From NCBI GenBank assembly GCA_045602205.1, contig JAZSBF010000053.1, positions 1 to 53,170 on the forward strand: a DNA stretch of 53,170 nt. Direction: 5' to 3'. Positions 48,788 through 53,170 of the stretch are shown here, piece after piece. Position 1 is the first letter of the stretch, and each line of letters begins with the position of its first letter. The notes under the pieces are model-generated. The model made no database searches and was not told where the DNA came from. It saw nothing but the letters and a program-made list of their open reading frames with translations. The DNA comes from Eubacteriales bacterium. Lineage in GTDB: Bacteria; Bacillota; Clostridia; Oscillospirales; CAG-272. Both the position numbers and the translations under genes were made by a program.

Positions 48788-50287
48788 TCAATCAATTTTT
48801 TCAGCCAATTCGCGAAGAGAGCGGCGATTTATCTTGCCGTTATCGGTAAGCGGCATACTCTCAAGCTTTTCGCAAACGGCGGGTATCATATATCTTGGCA
48901 GAGCGCCCACAAGATACCTCGTAAGCTCCGACGGCTCACATTCGCCCACATAAAAGAGAGCTATACGCTTTCTCTCCTTGTCATAGGTACAACAGCTTAT
49001 CCTTACAGAAGGATTTTTGAGCGCCGTGGTTTCTATATCGCCAAGCTCTATGCGGTGTCCCATATGCTTTATTTGCGAGTCGCGGCGGGTAACGAATACT
49101 ATCTCTCCGTACTCATTTATACGCCCGATATCTCCCGTGCGGTATATAAGCTCGCCATAAGCCGCGTTAAGCGGATTCTGCACAAAGACTTCAGACGTCT
49201 TTTCGGGATTTTTATAATATCCCATCGTAAGACAAGTTCCTCTTATGCATATCTCGCCCTCCGAGGACTCCCTGCCCTCGTCGTCAATAAGCATAATATC
49301 GGTGTTGTCAAAGGGTCTGCCTATCGGGATAGGCTCGTCTTCCGAGAGCTCCCTGTCCGCCAACCAATAGCAAGACATTCCCGTAGCCTCGGTAGGTCCG
49401 TAAAGGTTGAAAAATCTCGTGTTTGGAAGATTCTTTCGCCAAAGGTTATAATCCTTTCTCGGAAAGACCTCGCTTCCAAACGCCACAGTGGTAAGATGCT
49501 CGGGACGGCAAACGTCAAAAGCACCGAGAGTCGATATCTGCACAAGCGCTGACGCCACCCAGCATATAGTATTTATCTTGTAGGTGTTGAGATATTCCAC
49601 AAGCTTTACAGGGAACATAAAGAGCGATTTGGGAATAAAGTAGGTCGTAGCCCCGAATTTGAGCGTGGGCATTATGTCCTTAAGCGGCGCGTCGAAATAG
49701 AGCGGCGGCTGATCTCCGAAAACCGAGTCCTCAGAAAATCCAAGCGCTGCCGAGATCGCCTCGGTGTAGTCTATCACAGAGCGGTGGCACGCCACGACTC
49801 CCTTTGGAATTCCCGTAGAGCCCGAGGTAAAAACTATATATATCGGGTCGGTGTCTATCTGTCTGAGGCGCATATTCGCAAGAGATGCTTCGTCCACATC
49901 GGTCTTGTCGATATCGGAATAGCGTAAAAGCGTACCGACGCCAAGCTCCGACGCCTTTTTGTAGTTTTTATCGTCTGAAATCATAACCCTTGCCGAAAGA
50001 TTATCAAGTATAGTCTTTATTCTCTCGGTTGGCATAGCGGCATCAACGCAGACGTAAAAGCAGCCCGCGTATATAGCTCCGAAAAAGGCAGCCATTACCC
50101 TCGGATGCTTGTCCATAAAGACGACCACAGCCTCACGGCGAAAGCCATTATTTAAAAGATAGCTTCCAATAGACCTTGATGCCGAATAGAGTTCGCCAAA
50201 GCTCATATCCTCTTTTCCGTTTGAAAAGGCGCACTTCTCAGGCACACGCCCCGCGCTGTTTTCAAGATACTCAAGTATATTTTTCAT
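48788..50287 (-). CDS. Adenylate-forming amino-acid--carrier-protein ligase (DltA-like)
   Basis: ANL-superfamily motifs FTSGSTGIPKG, YGPTE, YRTGD and a terminal GKINRRSL. Confidence 0.88.
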   Translation of the reverse strand: MKNILEYLENSAGRVPEKCAFSNGKEDMSFGELYSASRSIGSYLLNNGFRREAVVVFMDKHPRVMAAFFGAIYAGCFYVCVDAAMPTERIKTILDNLSARVMISDDKNYKKASELGVGTLLRYSDIDKTDVDEASLANMRLRQIDTDPIYIVFTSGSTGIPKGVVACHRSVIDYTEAISAALGFSEDSVFGDQPPLYFDAPLKDIMPTLKFGATTYFIPKSLFMFPVKLVEYLNTYKINTICWVASALVQISTLGAFDVCRPEHLTTVAFGSEVFPRKDYNLWRKNLPNTRFFNLYGPTEATGMSCYWLADRELSEDEPIPIGRPFDNTDIMLIDDEGRESSEGEICIRGTCLTMGYYKNPEKTSEVFVQNPLNAAYGELIYRTGDIGRINEYGEIVFVTRRDSQIKHMGHRIELGDIETTALKNPSVRISCCTYDKERKRIALFYVGECEPSELTRYLVGALPRYMIPAVCEKLESMPLTDNGKINRRSLRELAEKID

Positions 50288-50291
50288 TCTG

Positions 50292-51650
50292 TCACCACGT
50301 ATAATTATTGTTTATCACCGTAGTATCCGTAGCAGGATATCCCTCATGATCAAAGGTCAAAAATCCGCTATTAACGTTCGTATTATAGTCCTCAAGCTGT
50401 TCCTCTGTGAAGAGGCATGCATTTCCGCTCTTGTGAGACTTTTTAAGTCTCGTTGCATCGTAATAATACCACCTCGGATTCTTTGCGTCCCCGATATTTA
50501 CCATATTCCAGAAATGCGTTCCCGACTGAGTTTTTACATTTGGAGAGCGCTGTATATCCAAATTTTCTATGCCAAGATATTCAAATAACGCCTTTGAAAC
50601 GGCAAAATAGGAGAAACAGTCTCCGCTTCCCGCCTCAAGCGTGAGATACGCCTCGGTTATCCAATCCGAATGACTCGTGTGCGACTCGTCTTTAAAATCT
50701 ATGTTTTTAGGCTCTTCAGCCTTTTTCGTGGGAGAATTTACGTAATTGTAGATTATCTTGCACTGCGCTTCCTTTGAAAGCGAAGGTTTGAGTCCAAGAC
50801 TTGCCGCTAAGGGCTTTATCTTGTCATTCATAAGCTGCTCATACGTGTATTTATGCTCGTTTATGACCAAAACCGTCTCAGCAGTAGCTACGTTCCCTGC
50901 CTTGTCGGTGGCGGTATATTTTACTTTGTAGCTTCCCGCCTTGCTCGTGTCAACAGCGCTGTCGTCAACAACGATATCAATTTCGCCAAAGCAGTTGTCG
51001 GTAACAACGATATCCTTGCGATAGGCAATACCCTCGCCAAGATATCCCGCAATAGTTCTGGGAAGCGTTATCTTGGGAGCTTCACTGTCAATTATTTTAG
51101 TTATAGTAGTCTCATAAGTCCTTTTGTTTCCGTGTATATCCGAAAGCTCGATAGAGACCGCGTAGGGCTTGTCAAGCTCGGTGGGGTTCACCTCGTTTTT
51201 GAACTTAGCCTCGACCTCGGAAGCGTCAACAATATTTTGGAAAAAGTCTATCGCCTCGGGGAAAGGTTGTCCGTTCTGATTTACCTTGAGCGCCAAAATC
51301 TCCGCCACGGGGGCTTTTGTGTCCTCGACAGTAAGCTTTACGGTAATGCGTCTCGAGCCGTGGATTATGTATATCTTGTATTCGCCGGGGACGTTGAACA
51401 CCTCGCCGTTGTCTCCAAAATCATATACCGCGCCCGAGCGCCCCGAGAGCTTGGACGCACTTGGAAGCTCCTCACCCGCCTCAAGCGTGTAGCTTATGCT
51501 CATTGCCGTTATATCGATAATGAGCGCAACGATAAGAGCCACCATAAGAGCGGCGGTAACAGAAGCCGTTATCTTGAGATAGCGAAGGATTTTTTTTATA
51601 TTTGCGGCAACAGCTTTTTTAAAACTATTAGAAGAAGATGTATTATTCAA
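50292..51650 (-). CDS. Membrane-anchored protein with Ig-like (DUF5011-type) repeats and a C-terminal transglutaminase-like Cys protease core
   Basis: One TM helix. Contains SEAPKITLP...KAGSYKVKYTATDKAGN. The Cys/His/Asp core candidates are GSGDCFSY, GTHFWNMV and YYYDAT. I prefer the TTG at 51650 (GGAGGA 7 nt upstream) to the track GTG at 51665. Confidence 0.72.
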   Translation of the reverse strand: MNNTSSSNSFKKAVAANIKKILRYLKITASVTAALMVALIVALIIDITAMSISYTLEAGEELPSASKLSGRSGAVYDFGDNGEVFNVPGEYKIYIIHGSRRITVKLTVEDTKAPVAEILALKVNQNGQPFPEAIDFFQNIVDASEVEAKFKNEVNPTELDKPYAVSIELSDIHGNKRTYETTITKIIDSEAPKITLPRTIAGYLGEGIAYRKDIVVTDNCFGEIDIVVDDSAVDTSKAGSYKVKYTATDKAGNVATAETVLVINEHKYTYEQLMNDKIKPLAASLGLKPSLSKEAQCKIIYNYVNSPTKKAEEPKNIDFKDESHTSHSDWITEAYLTLEAGSGDCFSYFAVSKALFEYLGIENLDIQRSPNVKTQSGTHFWNMVNIGDAKNPRWYYYDATRLKKSHKSGNACLFTEEQLEDYNTNVNSGFLTFDHEGYPATDTTVINNNYTW

Positions 51651-51718
51651 TGCGTTATCCTCCACACAAAAATCGAGAAAGAAAAAGAGCGTTTTTTCAT
51701 CTATGCATATACAGATTT

Positions 51719-51748
51719 ATTATAACATTTCAAGGGTTCTTTTGTCAA
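51719..51748 (-). promoter_or_regulatory. Promoter of the dlt-like operon
   Basis: On the minus strand, TTGACA (51748-51743), an 18 nt spacer, then TATAAT (51724-51719). Confidence 0.5.
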
Positions 51749-51884
51749 CCGAAATATATATTATTATAACATATTTTTTAGCGACAAAAAAAGTATAAAA
51801 CGGTAATATAAGGAGAATACTTAACATACAATTGAAGCAAGAGAAGCGAAAAAAAGAATAAAATAAAATATTTTCAAAAAAGGG

Positions 51885-51913
51885 TTGACATATAGGTATG
51901 TTTGTGATATAAT
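51885..51913 (+). promoter_or_regulatory. Promoter of the tRNA-Leu/tRNA-fMet pair
   Basis: TTGACA (51885-51890), a 17 nt spacer, then TGaTATAAT (TATAAT at 51908-51913). Confidence 0.6.
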
Positions 51914-51946
51914 GTTATGGCTGACAGAGATAATATCTCGGCATTC

Positions 51947-52035
51947 GCCGGTGTGGCGGAACAGGCAGACGCCCGGGACTTAAAATCCCGTGATACGAAA
52001 GTATCGTACCGGTTCGACCCCGGTCACCGGCACCA
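51947..52035 (+). tRNA. tRNA-Leu (anticodon UAA)
   Basis: Acceptor stem GCCGGTG/CACCGGC, anticodon arm CGGGA-CTTAAAA-TCCCG, long variable arm GATAC-GAAA-GTATC, T arm ACCGG-TTCGACC-CCGGT, CCA encoded. Confidence 0.9.
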
Positions 52036-52060
52036 AACGGTATCGGTAAAAAATCAATAT

Positions 52061-52138
52061 CGCGGAGTAGAGCAGCTTGGTAGCTCGGCGGGCTCATAAC
52101 CCGGAGGTCGTGAGGTTCAAATCCCACCTCCGCAACCA
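52061..52138 (+). tRNA. Initiator tRNA-fMet (anticodon CAU)
   Basis: C1:A72 mismatch at the acceptor end (CGCGGAG ... CTCCGCA), three G-C pairs closing the anticodon stem (GGG-CTCATAA-CCC), CCA encoded. Confidence 0.88.
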
Positions 52139-52169
52139 AAAAATCCAACTCTTACGAGTTGGATTTTTT
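52139..52169 (+). terminator. Terminator of the tRNA pair
   Basis: Stem ATCCAACTC / GAGTTGGAT with loop TTAC, then T5, with a preceding A-run. Confidence 0.8.
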
Positions 52170-52170
52170 C

Positions 52171-52387
52171 ATTTGTGCAGTTAGGCACAACATCATTTGC
52201 GTGGTACACGCAACATCATTTCGAGCGAAGCGAGAACATCATTGCCGCCCACGGCACAAATGAACGATGTTGAGGCGTTGCCTCAAATGAAGTTGCCTTC
52301 GGCAAATGTTGTGGGCTTGCGCCCAATGAAGTTGCGCTTCGCGCAAACGGAATTGAGCCGTTCGCTCGGTGCGCTGAAATGTTGTTG
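52171..52387. repeat. Hairpin array B: nine short GC-rich hairpins with conserved AT-rich linkers, two halves in opposite polarity
   Basis: Hairpins start at 52174, 52198, 52221, 52244, 52272, 52294, 52313, 52333 and 52355. The linker ACATCATT occurs three times exactly (52190, 52213, 52236). Its near-complement AATGAAGT/AATGTTGT occupies the right half. See findings. Confidence 0.75.
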
Positions 52388-52413
52388 ATTTTTAATCGAA
52401 AGTATGATATAAT
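52385..52413 (+). promoter_or_regulatory. Candidate promoter of the four-helix-bundle gene
   Basis: TTGATT (52385-52390), a 17 nt spacer, then TATAAT (52408-52413). Confidence 0.45.
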
Positions 52414-52437
52414 TGTTTCAAGAAAGGCGGTGGTATT

Positions 52438-52806
52438 GTGAGAGAGGATAAGCTCGGTAATATTTCAATGGAATTATCAGTTGATATTTTGCAACTGACA
52501 AAAGAGTTGCGAGCAAAACGCGAAAACGTCATATCCAATCAAATAGGCAGAAGCGCAACGAGTATTTGTGCCAACATTGCCGAAAGCAAATACGCTCACG
52601 GTCACGCCGACTTTATTGCAAAGCTTGAAATATCACTTAAAGAAACCAACGAAACAAGCAAGTGGCTTGAAATGCTATGGAAAAGTGAGTATATTGATGA
52701 GCAGAGATACAAATCGCTTGACCGCAAATGCTCCACTATAAGATTTTTGCTTGTGAAATCCATTACTACGGCTAAAGAGAACTTAAAAGCCAAAAACAAT
52801 AAATAA
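52438..52806 (+). CDS. Four-helix-bundle protein (23S rRNA intervening-sequence protein / Avd-like family)
   Basis: Contains NQIGRSATSICANIAESKYAHGHADFIAKLEISLKETNETSKWLEML, characteristic of this family. GTG start at 52438. Confidence 0.82.
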   Translation: MREDKLGNISMELSVDILQLTKELRAKRENVISNQIGRSATSICANIAESKYAHGHADFIAKLEISLKETNETSKWLEMLWKSEYIDEQRYKSLDRKCSTIRFLLVKSITTAKENLKAKNNK

Positions 52807-52879
52807 TTTTCCCAAACCTCCTGACTTTCCGCTTTTCTTAGGTATAATGTGTATTACCAACCGAAAGGAAGCTTTTTAT

Positions 52880-53158
52880 ATGCAATATACATTAAGAGAT
52901 TACTATCAAGTTAAATTAGTCTTGGTCAGCATAATGTCAAATTTAAATCGTGTTATGCGAAAAACACCTGACGAGCAATACCTTTATAACGTCATACGCA
53001 CTGCGCTTAGCATTACTCAAAACAAAATAGATGAATTAAGTGGCAAAAATGACAGACTTTTAGAATATTATCGAAACAGACTTTTAGAATATTATCGAAA
53101 ATATATTGAAAAATCCCTAAAACCGTGTTATAATAAGTTTGTCACACAAACTGAATAA
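52880..53158 (+). CDS. Small hypothetical helical protein with an internal perfect 8-codon duplication
   Basis: AAAGGAAG lies 8 nt before the ATG at 52880. AT-rich, no family recognised. Confidence 0.5.
   Translation: MQYTLRDYYQVKLVLVSIMSNLNRVMRKTPDEQYLYNVIRTALSITQNKIDELSGKNDRLLEYYRNRLLEYYRKYIEKSLKPCYNKFVTQTE
53052..53099 (+). repeat. Perfect 24-bp tandem duplication (two copies)
   Basis: acagacttttagaatattatcgaa occurs at 53052-53075 and again at 53076-53099. It is in frame and gives RLLEYYRN / RLLEYYRK. Confidence 0.92.
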
Positions 53159-53170
53159 TCGGATTTTAGG

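Noticed and set aside
52197-52388. A 63-aa ORF inside hairpin array B
   Set aside because: It has no RBS, and its reading frame is an accident of the hairpin repeats. The periodicity is 19-28 nt and not codon-based.
52438-52806. A diversity-generating retroelement
   Set aside because: Only the Avd-like four-helix-bundle gene is present. No reverse transcriptase and no template/variable repeat pair occur within the window.

Overview
This is a 53.2 kb chromosomal segment that looks like a moderate-GC, spore-forming Firmicute (Clostridia-like, judged from protein sequences by eye). Most of it is housekeeping. It contains a 7-gene purine operon (purE-purM-purN-IMP cyclohydrolase-AICAR transformylase-purD-purL) behind a ZTP (pfl) riboswitch, plus enolase, pyruvate:ferredoxin oxidoreductase and the sporulation genes spoVAD, spoVAE and a SipL-like gene. 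It also holds rbfA-nrnA, aspartokinase, the dgt-dnaG-rpoD operon, a PadR/DUF1700/DUF4097 module, a dlt-like acyl-carrier/MBOAT envelope-modification operon, and three tRNAs (Arg-CCG, Leu-UAA, initiator Met). No CRISPR array, transposase, integrase or recognisable defence system is present. The least explained features are two arrays of short GC-rich hairpins separated by conserved AT-rich linkers (21038-21147 and 52171-52387), each in the non-coding tract after a tRNA terminator, the first 177 bp beyond it. The first array sits near an 18-nt copy of the tRNA-Arg 3-prime end. The second array precedes an AT-richer segment that starts with a four-helix-bundle (Avd-like) gene. The next most interesting item is the non-canonical dlt-like operon (transglutaminase-like protein, adenylating enzyme, carrier protein, MBOAT, SGNH-like protein reading GDC where GDS is expected). 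Many long antisense ORFs in the track are codon-bias artefacts and were rejected.
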